A DNA stretch of 64,000 nucleotides, taken from contig NC_092675.1 of assembly GCF_964355755.1 (NCBI RefSeq), positions 12,333,812 to 12,397,811 on the forward strand, read 5' to 3'. The position numbers and the translations under genes were made by a program. Of the stretch, positions 36,485-49,900 are shown piece by piece. Within the stretch, counting starts at the first letter, position 1; every line of letters begins with the position of its first letter. This stretch comes from Antedon mediterranea. Taxonomy: Eukaryota; Animalia; Echinodermata. The notes beneath the pieces were generated by a model, which saw nothing but the letters and a program-made list of their open reading frames with translations, made no database searches and was not told where the DNA came from.

Positions 36485-36678
36485 GGAGGAGCTAATTACT
36501 TAATTAGCCCTCAATTAGCATTTCCTTTCACCAACTTTGGTGCTTAGTGCACATAATTATTATTGTTTTGTATTCACTTGATCTTGAAAATGGTTCTATG
36601 ATGGTAGCGAAACGTCGATCTCTCTTTTTGTCATTAAATTTCATATTAAAATTATATAGTAAACGTCTTTTAATTCGT
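36485..36678 (+). mobile_element. 194-bp Penelope-like pLTR fragment with 12-bp TSD
   Basis: AAAGTGCTAAGA at 36473-36484 and 36679-36690; contains a hammerhead-like motif. Confidence 0.65.
36580..36620 (+). ncRNA. Minimal type I hammerhead-like motif, U3:A8 variant, weak stem II
   Basis: GATC-TTGAAAA-...-GAAA-CG-TC-GATC; palindromic ACGT stem III, GUC site. Confidence 0.55.
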
Positions 36679-38159
36679 AAAGTGCTAAGAATAGCTTCAA
36701 ATTGCATTTGGAGACATTTTAGACCATTTTGTGATTTTCGAAAAAACTTGTTAACATAAAAACACCAAAGTGCTAAGAATAGTTTAAATCGCATTTGGAG
36801 ACATTTTAGACCATTTTGTGATTTTTGAAAAAACTTGTTAACATAAAAACATCAAAGTGCTAAGAATAGCTTCAAATCGCATTTGGAGACGTTTTAGACC
36901 ATTTTGTGATTTTCGAAAAAACTTGTTAACATAAAAACACCAAAGTGCTAAGAATAGTTTCAAATCGCATTTGGAGACATTTTAGACCAATTTGTGATTT
37001 TCGAAAAAACTTGTTAACATAAAAACACCAAAGTGCTTAGAATAGCTTCAAATCGCATTTGGAGACGTTTAAGACCATTTTGTGATTTTCGAAAACAACT
37101 TGTTAACATAAAAACACCAAAGTGCTAAGAACAGCTTCAAATCGCATTTGGAGACGTTTTAGACCATTTTGAGATTTTCGAAAAAACTTGTTAACATAAA
37201 AACACCAAAGTGCTTAGAATAGCTTCAAATCGCATTTGTAGACGTTTTAGACCAATTTGTGCATTTCGATGAAACTTGGTTACACAAAAACATCAAAGTG
37301 CTTAAAATCACATTATAAACCGTTTTAGACCATTTTGAGCATTTCGATAACACTTTTCACACAAAAACATCAAAGAGCACAAAATAGCTTAATATGGTAT
37401 TTTAAAACGTTTTAGACCATTTTGAGCATTTCGACAAAACTTTTTCAAAAAAAACATGTACAGAATAGCTTCAATTCGCATTTGGAGACGTTTTAGACCA
37501 TTTTTTATTACAGAATAGCTTTAAATACGCTTTGTTTACGTTTACACTTGGCTTAGACGTTTATCTTAGAATTCGAATAAATTAATCCATAATCAACTAA
37601 AATTGCTATTGTTGTGGTTTTTGTTTAATATAAATGTTTTTTATAAACTGAAATAAATCAAACAACAATATAATTTAATATAAACTCGTTAAAAGGGAAA
37701 TTTAGACAGCCTATAAATCATGGAAGTCAGAACTCGCGTCGCTCGAAATGCTCGGTAAATTTCTATTTATAGCCAATCGAAAATGGCTCCGGCTAACTTA
37801 AACAATGAAAACGGCTCTCGGAACACTTAATGTCCCATTTTCGCTGTTTGACGTGGATGTGGCTTAGAATAGTTTCAAATCGCATTTGGAGACGTATTGG
37901 ACCATTTTGGTCATTTCGATGAAACTTGGTTATACAAAAACATCAATATGCTTAAAATCACATTAGAAACCTTTTTAGACCATTTTGAGCATTTCGATAA
38001 AACTTTTCAAACAAAAACACCAAAGTGTTAAGAGTAGCTTCAAATCTTATTTAAAAATGTTTTAGACCATTTTGAGCATTTCGACCAAACTTTTTCACAC
38101 AAAACATCAAAGTGAACAGAATAGCTTCAAATAGCATTTGGAGACGTTTTAGACCATTT

Positions 38160-38766
38160 TCGAAAAATGGCCAAATTTAGACCCTTTTATTTTTTGACAT
38201 AACTAGTTACTATGGCTCTATAAGATGATGTTAACACAACATATGTCCATAAATGGCAATATTATAGTCTAATTATTGAATTTTGAAAGGTGGAAATTTT
38301 GGTCATTTTTCGAAAAAATTCCTATGGTCCCCCGCAGGAAAATCTTGGAAAAATGGCCAAATTTCGACCCTTTTATTTTTTGACATAACTAGTTACTATG
38401 GCTCTATAAGATCATGTTAGCACAATATATTTGCATAAATGGCAATATTATAGCATAATCTTCGAATTTTAAAAAGTGGAAATTTTGGTTATTTTTCGAA
38501 AAAATTCCTGTGGTCCCCGCAGGGAAATTGTCGGAAAATGGCCAAATTTTAACACTTTTATTTTTTGACATAACTAGTTACTATTGCTCTATAAGATGAT
38601 GTTAACAAAATATATGTGCATAAATAGATATATTATAGCCTAATTATTGAATTTTAAATGGTAGACATTTTGGTTATTTTTCGAAAAAATTCCTGTAGTC
38701 ACCTGAAGGGAAATTTTCGGAAAATGGCAAAATTTCGACCCTTTTATTTTTTGACATAACTAGTTA
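38160..38766 (-). repeat. sat190, reverse orientation, 186-bp period
   Basis: GCTCTATAAGAT at ~38215, 38401 and 38587. Confidence 0.9.
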
Positions 38767-39703
38767 TAGATCAGCGAGAGAGAGATAGATCAGCGAGAGA
38801 GAGATAGATCAGCGAGAGAGAGATATATCAGCGAGAAACAGAGATAGATCAGCGAGAGAGATAGATCAGCGAAAGAGATAGATCTGCGAGAGAGAGATAG
38901 ATCAGCAAGAGAGAGAGATAGATCAGCGAGAGAGAGAGATAGATCAGCGAGAGAGAGATAGATCAGCGAGAGAGATAGATCAGCGAGAGAGAGATAGATC
39001 AGCGAGAGAGAGAGATGGATCAGCGAGAGAGATAGATCAGCGAGAGAGAGATAGATCAGCGAGAGAGAGATAGATCAGCGAGAGAGAGAGATAGATCAGC
39101 GAGAAAGAGATAGATCAGCGAGAGAGAGATAGATCAGCGAGAGAGAGATAGATCAGCGAGAGAGAGAGATAGATCAGCGAGAGAGAGATAGATCAGCGAG
39201 AGAGAGATAGATCAGCGAGAGAGAGATAGATCAGCGAGAGAGAGATAGATAAGCGAGAGAGAGATAGATCAGCGACAGAGAGAGATAGATCAGCGAGAGA
39301 GAGATAGATCAGCGAGAGAGAGAGATAGATCAGCGAGAGAGAGAGATATATATCAGCGATAGAGAGATAGATCAGCGAGAGAGAGATAGATCAGCGAGAG
39401 AGAGATAGATCAGCGAGAGAGAGATCAGCGAGAGAGAGAGATAGATCAGCGAGAGAGAGATAGATCAGCGAGAGAGAGATAGATCAGCGAGAGAGAGAGA
39501 TAGATCAGCGAGAGAGAGTTAGATCAGCGAGAGAGAGAGATAGATCAGCGAGAAATAGATAGATAAGCGAGAGATAGATAGATCAGCGAGAGAGAGATAG
39601 ATAGATCAGCGAGAGAGAGAGAGAGATAGATCAGCAAGAGAGAGATAGAGAGAGAGAGATAGATCAGGAAGAGAGAGATAGATCAGCGAGTGAGAGAGAT
39701 AGA

Positions 39704-39736
<33 letters not shown>

Positions 39737-41101
39737 TCAGCGAGAGAGAGATAGATCAGCGAGAGAGAGAGATAGATCAGTAAGAGAGAGAGAGAGATAG
39801 ATCAGCGAGAGAGAGATAGATAGATCAGCGAGAGAGAGATAGATCAGCGAGAGAGAGATAGATCAGCGAGAGAGATAGATAGATCAGCAAGAAAGAGATA
39901 GATAGATCAGCGAGAGAGAGATAGATCAGCGAGAGAGAGATAGATAGATCAGCGAGAGAGAGAGATAGATCAGCGAGAGAGAGATAAATCAGCGAGAGAG
40001 AGATAGATCATCGAGAGAGAGATAGATCAGCGAGAGAGAGAGAGATAGATCAGCGAGAGAGAGAGATAGATAGATCAGCGAGAGAGAGATAGATCAGCGA
40101 GAGAGAGAGAGATAGATCAGCGAGAGATAGATAGATAGATCAGCGAGAGAGAGATAGATAGATAGATCAACGAGAGAGATAGATCAGCGAGAGAGAGATA
40201 GATCAGCGAGAGAGAGATAGATCAGCGAGAGAGAGATAGATAAGCGAGACACAGATAGATCAGCGAGAGAGAGATAGATCAGCGAGAGAGAGATAGATCA
40301 GCGACAGAGAGATAGATCAGCGAGACACATATAGATCAACGAGAGAGAGATAGATCAGCGAGAGAGAGATACATCAGCGAGAGAGGGATAGATAGATCAG
40401 CGAGAGAGAGAGAGAGATAGATCAGCGAGAGAGAGATAGATCAGCGAGAGAGATATATAGATCAGCGAGAGAGAGAGATAGATCAGCAAGAGATAGATAG
40501 ATCAGCGAGAGAGATAGATCAGCGAGAGAGATATAGATAGATCAGCGAGAGAGAGATAGATAGATCAGCGAGAGAGAGAAAGATAGATCAGCGAGAGAGA
40601 GATAGATCAGCGAGGCAGAGATAGATAGATCAATCAGCGAGAGAGATAGATAGATCAACGAGAGAGAGATAGATCAGCGAGAGAGAGATAGATAGATCAG
40701 CGACAGAGAGATAGATCAGCGAGAGAGATAGATAGATCAGCGAGAGAGAGAAATAGATCAGCGAGAGAGAGATAGATAGATCAGCGACAGAGAGAGAGAG
40801 ATAGATCAGCGAGAGAGAGAGAGATAGATCAGCGAGAAAGAGATGGATAGATCAGCGAGTGAGAGATAGATCAGCGTGACAGAGATAGATATATCAGCTA
40901 GAGAGAGATAGATCAGCGAGAGAGAGAGATAGATAGATCAGCGAGAGAGAGATAGATCAGCGAGAGATAGATAGATAGATCAGCGAGAGAGAGATAGATC
41001 AGCGAGAGAGAGATAGATCAGCGAGAGAGAGATAGATCAGTGAGAGAGATATAGATCAGCGTGAGAGAGATAGATCAGCGAGAGAGAGAGAGAGATAGAT
41101 C

Positions 41102-41142
<41 letters not shown>

Positions 41143-43968
41143 TCAGCGAGAGAGAGAGAGATAGATCAGCGAGAGAGATAGATCATCGAAAGAGGGAGAT
41201 AGATCAGCGAGAGAGAGAGATAGATCAGCGAGAGAGAGAGATCAGCGACAGAGAGATAGATCAGCGACAGAGAGATAGATCAGCGAGAGAGAGATAGATC
41301 AGCGAGAGAGAGATAGATCAGCGAGAGAGAGAGAGATAGATCAGCGAGAGAGAGATAGATCAGCGACAGAGATATATTTAACAGCGAGAGAGAGATATAT
41401 CGGCGAGATAGATAGATCAGCGAGAGAGAGATAGATCAGTGAGAGAGATATAGATCAGCGTGAGAGAGATAGATCAGCGAGAGAGAGAGAGATAGATCAG
41501 CGAGACACAGATAGATCAGCGAGACACAGATAGATCAGCGAGAGAGAGAGATAGATCAGCGACAGAGAGATAGATCAGCGAGACACAGATAGATCAACGA
41601 GAGAGAGATAGATCAGTGAGAGAGAGATACATCAGCGAGAGAGAGATAGATAGATCAGCGAGAGAGAGATACATCAGAGAAAGAGGGATAGATAGATCAG
41701 CGAGAGAGAGAGATAGATCAGCGAGAGAGAGATAGATCAGCGAGAGAGAGATATATAGATCAGCGAGAGAGAGAGAGAGAGAGATAGATCAGCGAGAGAT
41801 AGATAGATCAGCGAGAGAGATAGACCAGCGAGAGAGATATAGATAGATCAGCGAGAGAGAGATAGATCAGCGAGAGAGAGATAGATAGATCAGCGAGAGA
41901 GAGAGATAGATCAGCGAGAAAGAGATAGATCAGCGAGAAAGAGATAGATAGATCGATCAGCGAGAGAGATAGATAGATCAACGAGAGAGAGATAGATCAG
42001 CGAGAGAAAGATAGATAGATCAGCGACAGAGAGATAGATCAGCGAGAGAGATAGATAGATCAGCGAGAGAGAGAGAGAAATAGATCAGCGAGAGAGAGAT
42101 AGATAGATCAGCGACAGAGAGAGAGATAGATAAGCGAGAGAGAGAGAGATAGATCAGCGAGAGAGAGATGGATAGATCAGCGAGAGAGAGATAGATCAGC
42201 GTGACAGAGATAGATAGATCAGCGAGAGAGAGATAGATCAGCGAGGGAGAGAGATAGATAGATCAGCGAGAGAGATAGATCAGCGAGAGAGAGATAGATA
42301 GATCAGCGAGAGAGAGATAGATCAGCGAGAGAGAGATAGATCAGTGAGAGAGATATAGATCAGCGTGAGAGAGATAGATCAGCGAGAGAGAGAGAGATAG
42401 ATCAGCGAAAGTGAGAGAGAGAGAGAGAGAGAGAGAGATAGATCAGCGAAAGAGAGAGAGATAGATCAGCGAAAGAGAGAGAGATAGATCAGCGAGAGAG
42501 ATAGATCATCGAGAGAGGGAGATAGATCAGCGAGAGAGAGAGAGATAGATCAGCGAGAGAGAAAGATCAGCGACAGAGAGATAGATCAGCGAGAGAGAGA
42601 TAGATCAGCGAGATAGAGATAGATCAGCGAGAGAGAGATAGATCAGCGAGAGAGAGATAGATCAGCGAGAGAGAGATAGATCAGCGACAGAGATATATTT
42701 AACAGCGAGAGAGAGATGTATCGGCGAGATAGATAGATCAGCGAGAGAGAGATAGATCAGTGAGAGAGATATAGATCAGCGTGAGAGAGATAGATCAGCG
42801 AGAGAGAGAGATAGATCAGCGAGACACAGATAGATCAGCGAGACACAGATAAATCAGCGAGAGAGAGATAGATCAGCGACAGAGAGATAGATCAGCGAGA
42901 CACAGATAGATCAACGAGAGAGAGATAGATCAGTGAGAGAGAGATACATCAGCGAGAGAGAGATAGATAGATCAGCGAGAGAGAGATAGATCAGCGAGAG
43001 AGAGAGATAGATCAGCGAGAGATAGATAGATCAGCGAGAGAGAGAGAGAGATAGATCAGCGAGAGAGAGATAGATCAGCGAGAGAGAGATAGATCAGCGA
43101 GAGAGAGAGAGAGAGATATATCAGCGATAGAGAGAGATAGACCAGCGAGAGAGAGATAGATCAGCGAGAGAGAGATAGATCAGTGAGAGAGAGATACAGC
43201 AGCGAGAGAGAGATAGATAGATCAGCGAGAGAGAGATACATCAGCGAGAGAGGGATAGATAGATCAGCGAGAGAGAGAGAGATAGATCAGCGAGAGAGAG
43301 ATAGATCAGCGAGAGAGAGATATATAGATCAGCGAGAGAGAGAGAGAGAGAGATAGATCAGCGAGAGATAGATAGATCAGCGAGAGAGATAGACCAGCGA
43401 GAGAGATATAGATAGATCAGCGAGAGAGAGATAGATCAGCGAGAGAGAGATAGATAGATCAGCGAGAGAGAGAGATAGATCAGCGAGAGAGAGATAGATC
43501 AGCGAGAGAGAGATAGATAGATCGATCAGCGAGAGAGATAGATAGATCAACGAGAGAGAGATAGATCAGCGAGAGAGAGATAGATAGATCAGCGACAGAG
43601 AGATAGATCAGCGAGAGAGATAGATAGATCAGCAAGAGAGAGAGAAATAGATCAGCGAGAGAGAGATAGATAGATCAGCGACAGAGAGAGAGATAGATAA
43701 GCGAGAGAGAGAGATAGATCAGCGAGAGAGAGATGGATAGATCAGCGAGAGAGAGATAGATCAGCGTGACAGAGATAGATAGATCAGCGAGAGAGAGATA
43801 GATCAGCGAGGGAGAGAGATAGATAGATCAGCGAGAGAGAGATAGATCAGCGAGAGAGAGATAGATAGATCAGCGAGAGAGAGATAGATCAGCGAGAGAG
43901 AGATAGATCAGTGAGAGAGATATAGATCAGCGTGAGAGAGATAGATCAGCGAGAGAGAGAGAGATAGA

Positions 43969-43999
<31 letters not shown>

Positions 44000-46900
44000 T
44001 AGATCAGCGAAAGAGAGAGAGATAGATCAGCGAGAGAGATAGATCATCGAGAGAGGGAGATAGATTAGCGAGAGAGAGAGAGAGATAGATCAGCGAGAGA
44101 GAAAGATCAGCGACAGAGAGATAGATCAGCGAGAGAGAGATAGATCAGCGAGAGAGAGATAGATCAGCGAGAGAGAGATAGATCAGCGAGAGAGAGAGAG
44201 AGATAGATCAGCGAGAGAGAGATAGATCAGCGACAGAGATATATTTAACAGCGAGAGAGAGATGTATCGGCGAGATAGATAGATCAGCGAGAGAGAGATA
44301 GATCAGTGAGAGAGATATAGATCAGCGTGAGAGAGATAGATCAGCGAGAGAGAGAGATAGATCAGCGAGACACAGATAGATCAGCGAGACACAGATAAAT
44401 CAGCGAGAGAGAGATAGATCAGCGACAGAGAGATAGATCAGCGAGACACAGATAGATCAACGAGAGAGAGATAGATCAGTGAGAGAGAGATACATCAGCG
44501 AGAGAGAGATAGATAGATCAGCGAGAGAGAGAGATAGATCAGCGAGAGAGAGATAGATCAGCGAGAGATAGATAGATCAGCGAGAGAGAGAGAGAGATAG
44601 ATCAGCGAGAGAGAGATAGATCAGCGAGAGAGAGATAGATCAGCGAGAGAGAGAGAGAGAGATATATCAGCGATAGAGAGAGATAGATCAGCGAGAAAGA
44701 GATAGATCAGCGAGAGAGAGATAGATCAGTGAGAGAGAGATACAGCAGCGAGAGAGAGATAGATAGATCAGCGAGAGAGAGATACATCAGCGAGAGAGGG
44801 ATAGATAGATCAGCGAGAGAGAGAGATAGATCAGCGAGAGAGAGATAGATCAGCGAGAGAGAGATATATAGATCAGCGAGAGAGAGAGAGAGAGATAGAT
44901 CAGCGAGAGATAGATAGATCAGCGAGAGAGATAGACCAGCGAGAGAGATATAGATAGATCAGCGAGAGAGAGATAGATCAGCGAGAGAGAGATAGATAGA
45001 TCAGCGAGAGAGAGAGATAGATCAGCGAGAGAGAGATAGATCAGCGAGAGAGAGATAGATAGATCGATCAGCGAGAGAGATAGATAGATCAACGAGAGAG
45101 AGATAGATCAGCGAGAGAGAGATAGATAGATCAGCGACAGAGAGATAGATCAACGAGAGAGATAGATAGATCAGCGAGAGAGATAGAACTAGATCAGCGA
45201 GAGAGAGATAGATAGATCAGCGACAGAGAGAGAGAGATAGATCAGCGAGAGAGAGAGATAGATCAGCGAGAGAGAGATGGATAGATCAGCGAGAGAGAGA
45301 TAGATCAGCGTGACAGAGATAGATAGATCAGCGAGAGAGAGATAGATCAGCGAGGGAGAGAGATAGATAGTTCAGCGAGAGAGAGATAGATCAGCGAGAG
45401 AGAGATAGATAGATCAGCGAGAGAGAGATAGATCAGCGAGAGAGAGATAGATCAGTGAGAGAGATATAGATCAGCGTGAGAGAGATAGATCAGCGAGAGA
45501 GAGAGAGAGATAGATCAGCGAGAGAGAGAGAGAGAGATAGATCAGCGAAAGAGAGAGAGATAGATCAGCGAGAGAGATAGATCATCGAGAGAGGGAGATA
45601 GATCAGCGAGAGAGAGAGAGATAGATCAGCGAGAGAGAGAGATCAGCGACAGAGAGATAGATCAGCGACAGAGAGATAGATCAGCGAGAGAGAGATAGAT
45701 CAGCGAGAGAGAGATAGATCAGCGAGAGAGAGAGAGATAGATCAGCGAGAGAGAGATAGATCAGCGACAGAGATATATTTAACAGCGAGAGAGAGATGTA
45801 TCGGCGAGATAGATAGATCAGCGAGAGAGAGATAGATCAGTGAGAGAGATATAGATCAGCATGAGAGAGATAGATCAGCGAGAGAGAGAGATAGATCAGC
45901 GAAACACAGATAGATCAGCGAGACACAGATAAATCAGCGAGAGAGAGATAGATCAGCGACAGAGAGATAGATCAGCGAGACACAGATAGATCAACGAGAG
46001 AGAGATAGATCAGTGAGAGAGAGATTTATCAGCGAGAGAGAGATAGATAGATCAGCGAGAGAGAGAGATAGATCAGCGAGAGAGAGATAGATCAGCGAGA
46101 GATAGATAGATCAGCGAGAGAGAGAGAGATAGATCAGCGAGAGAGTGATAGATCAGCGAGAGAGAGAGATAGATCAGCGAGAGAGAGAGAGAGAGATATA
46201 TCAGCGATAGAGAGATAGATCAGCGAGAGAGAGATAGATCAGCGAGAGAGAGAGATAGATCAGCGAGAGAGAGATCAGCGAGAGAGAGAGATAGATCAGC
46301 GAGAGAGAGATAGATCAGCGAGAGAGAGATAGATCAGCGAGAGAGAGAGATAGATCAGCGAGAGAGAGAGATAGATCAGCGAGAGAGAGTTAGATCAGCG
46401 AGAGAGAGAGAGATAGATCAGCGAGAAATAGATAGATAAGCGAGAGATAGATAGATCATCGAGAGAGAGAGATAGATAGATCAGCGAGAGAGAGAGAGAG
46501 AGAAAGATCAGCAAGAGAGAGATAGAGAGAGAGAGATAGATCAGCAAGAGAGAGATAGATCAGCGAGTGAGAGAGATAGATCAGCGAGAGAGGGAGAGAG
46601 AGAGAGAGAGAGAGAGATAGATCAGCGAGAGAGAGATAGATCAGCGAGAGAGAGAGATAGATCAGTGAGAGAGAGAGAGAGATAGATCAGCGAGAGAGAG
46701 ATAGATAGATTAGCGAGAGAGATAGATCAGCGAGAGAGAGATAGATCAGCGAGAGAGATAGATAGATCAGCGAGAAAGAGATAGATAGATCAGCGAGAGA
46801 GAGATATATCAGCGAGAGAGAGAGATAGATAGATCAGCGAGAGAGAGAGATAGATCAGCGAGAGAGAGATAAATCAGCGAGAGAGAGATAGATCATCGAG

Positions 46901-49900
46901 AGAGAGATAGATCAGCGAGAGAGAGAGAGAGATAGATCAGCGAGAGAGAGAGATAGATAGATCAGCGAGAGAGAGATAGATCAGCGAGAGAGAGAGATAG
47001 ATCAGCGAGAGAGAGATAGATAGATCAGCGAGAGAGAGATAGATAGATAGATCAGCGAGAGAGATAGATCAGCGAGAGAGAGATAGATCAGCGAGAGAGA
47101 GATAGATCAGCGAGAGAGAGATAGATAAGCGAGACACAGATAGATCAGCGAGAGAGAGATAGATCAGCGAGAGAGAGATAGATCAGCGACAGAAAGATAG
47201 ATCAGCGAGACACATATAGATCAACGAGAGAGAGATAGATCAGCGAGAGAGAGATACATCAGCGAGAAAGGGATAGATAGATCAGCGAGAGAGAGAGAGA
47301 TAGATCAGCGAGAGAGAGATAGATCAGCGAGAGAGAGATATATAGATCAGCGAGAGAGAGAGAGAGAGATAGATCAGCAAGAGATAGATAGATCAGCGAG
47401 AGAGATAGATCAGCGAGAGAGATATAGATAGATCAGCGAGAGAGAGAAAGATCAGCGAGAGAGAGATAGATAGATCAGCGAGAGAGAGAGAGATAGATCA
47501 GCGAGAGAGAGATAGATAGATCAACGAGAGAGAGATAGATCAGCGAGAGAGAGATAGATAGATCAGCAACAGAGAGATAGATCAACGAGAGAGATAGATA
47601 GATCAGCGAGAGAGAGAGAACTAGATCAGCGAGAGAGAGATAGATAGATCAGCGACAGAGAGAGAGAGATAGATCAGCGAGAGAGAGAGATAGATCAGCG
47701 AGAGAGAGATGGATAGATCAGCGAGAGAGAGATAGATCAGCGTGACAGAGATAGATAGATCAGCGAGAGAGAGATAGATCAGCGAGGGAGAGAGATAGAT
47801 AGTTCAGCGAGAGAGAGATAGATCAGCGAGAGAGAGATAGATAGATCAGCGAGAGAGAGATAGATCAGCGAGAGAGAGATAGATCAGTGAGAGAGATATA
47901 GATCAGCGTGAGAGAGATAGATTAGCGAGAGAGAGAGAGAGATAGATCAGCGAGAGAGAGAGAGAGATAGATCAGCGAAAGAGAGAGAGATAGATCAGCG
48001 AGAGAGATAGATCATCGAGAGAGGAAGATAGATCAGCGAGAGAGAGAGAGATAGATCAGCGAGAGAGAGAGATCAGCGACAGAGAGATAGATCAGCGACA
48101 GAGAGATAGATCAGCGAGAGAGAAATAGATCAGCGAGAGAGAGATAGATCAGCGAGAGAGAGAGAGATAGATCAGCGAGAGAGAGATAGATCAGCGACAG
48201 AGATATATTTAACAGCGAGAGAGAGATGTATCGGCGAGATAGATAGATCAGCGAGAGAGAGATAGATCAGTGAGAGAGATATAGATCAGCATGAGAGAGA
48301 TAGATCAGCGAGAGAGAGAGATAGATCAGCGAAACACAGATAGATCAGCGAGACACAGATAAATCAGCGAGAGAGAGATAGATCAGCGACAGAGAGATAG
48401 ATCAGCGAGACACAGATAGATCAACGAGAGAGAGATAGATCAGTGAGAGAGAGATACATCAGCGAGAGAGAGATAGATAGATCAGCGAGAGAGAGAGATA
48501 GATCAGCGAGAGAGAGATAGATCAGCGAGAGATAGATAGATCAGCGAGAGAGAGAGAGAGATAGATCAGCGAGAGAGTGATAGATCAGCGAGAGAGAGAG
48601 ATAGATCAGCGAGAGAGAGAGAGAGAGATATATCAGCGATAGAGAGATAGATCAGCGAGAGAGAGATAGATCAGCGAGAGAGAGAGATAGATCAGCGAGA
48701 GAGAGATCAGCGAGAGAGAGAGATAGATCAGCGAGAGAGAGAGATAGATCAGCGAGAGAGAGATAGATCAGCGAGAGAGAGATAGATCAGCGAGAGAGAG
48801 AGAGATAGATCAGCGAGAGAGAGTTAGATCAGCGAGAGAGAGAGAGATAGATCAGCGAGAAATAGATAGATAAGCGAGAGATAGATAGATCATCGAGAGA
48901 GAGAGATAGATAGATCAGCGAGAGAGAGAGAGAGAGAAAGATCAGCAAGAGAGAGATAGAGAGAGAGAGATAGATCAGCAAGAGAGAGATAGATCAGCGA
49001 GTGAGAGAGATAGATCAGCGAGAGAGGGAGAGAGAGAGAGAGAGAGAGAGATAGATCAGCGAGAGAGAGATAGATCAGCGAGAGAGAGAGATATATCAGT
49101 GAGAGAGAGAGAGATAGATCAGCGAGAGAGAGATAGATAGATTAGCGAGAGAGATAGATCAGCGAGAGAGAGATAGATCAGCGAGAGAGATAGATAGATC
49201 AGCGAGAAAGAGATAGATAGATCAGCGAGAGAGAGATATATCAGCGAGAGAGAGATAGATAGATCAGCGAGAGAGAGAGATAGATCAGCGAGAGAGAGAT
49301 AAATCAGCGAGAGAGAGATAGATCATCGAGAGAGAGATAGATCAGCGAGAGAGAGAGAGAGATAGATCAGCGAGAGAGAGAGATAGATAGATCAGCGAGA
49401 GAGAGATAGATCAGCGAGAGAGAGAGATAGATCAGCGAGAGAGAGATAGATAGATCAGCGAGAGAGAGATAGATAGATAGATCAGCGAGAGAGATAGATC
49501 AGCGAGAGAGAGATAGATCAGCGAGAGAGAGATAGATCAGCGAGAGAGAGATAGATCAGCGAGACACAGATAGATCAGCGAGAGAGAGATAGATCAGCGA
49601 GAGAGAGATAGATCAGCGACAGAAAGATAGATCAGCGAGACACATATAGATCAACGAGAGAGAGATAGATCAGCGAGAGAGAGATACATCAGCGAGAGAG
49701 GGATAGATAGATCAGCGAGAGAGAGAGAGATAGATCAGCGAGAGAGAGATAGATCAGCGAGAGAGAGATATATAGATCAGCGAGAGAGAGAGAGATAGAT
49801 CAGCAAGAGATAGATAGATCAGCGAGAGAGATAGATCAGCGAGAGAGATATAGATAGATCAGCGAGAGAGAGATAGATCAGCGAGAAAGAGATAGATAGA

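Larger units (their letters stand above)
34608..38160 (+). repeat. sat88 array with three unique interruptions
   Basis: AACATAAAAACACCAAAGTGCTTAGAATAGCTTCAAATCGC... period 88 bp (e.g. 36107 to 36195). Confidence 0.92.

Noticed and set aside
34608-38160. Possible CRISPR array (regular repeats)
   Set aside because: Units are contiguous with no unique spacers, no cas genes, eukaryotic context.
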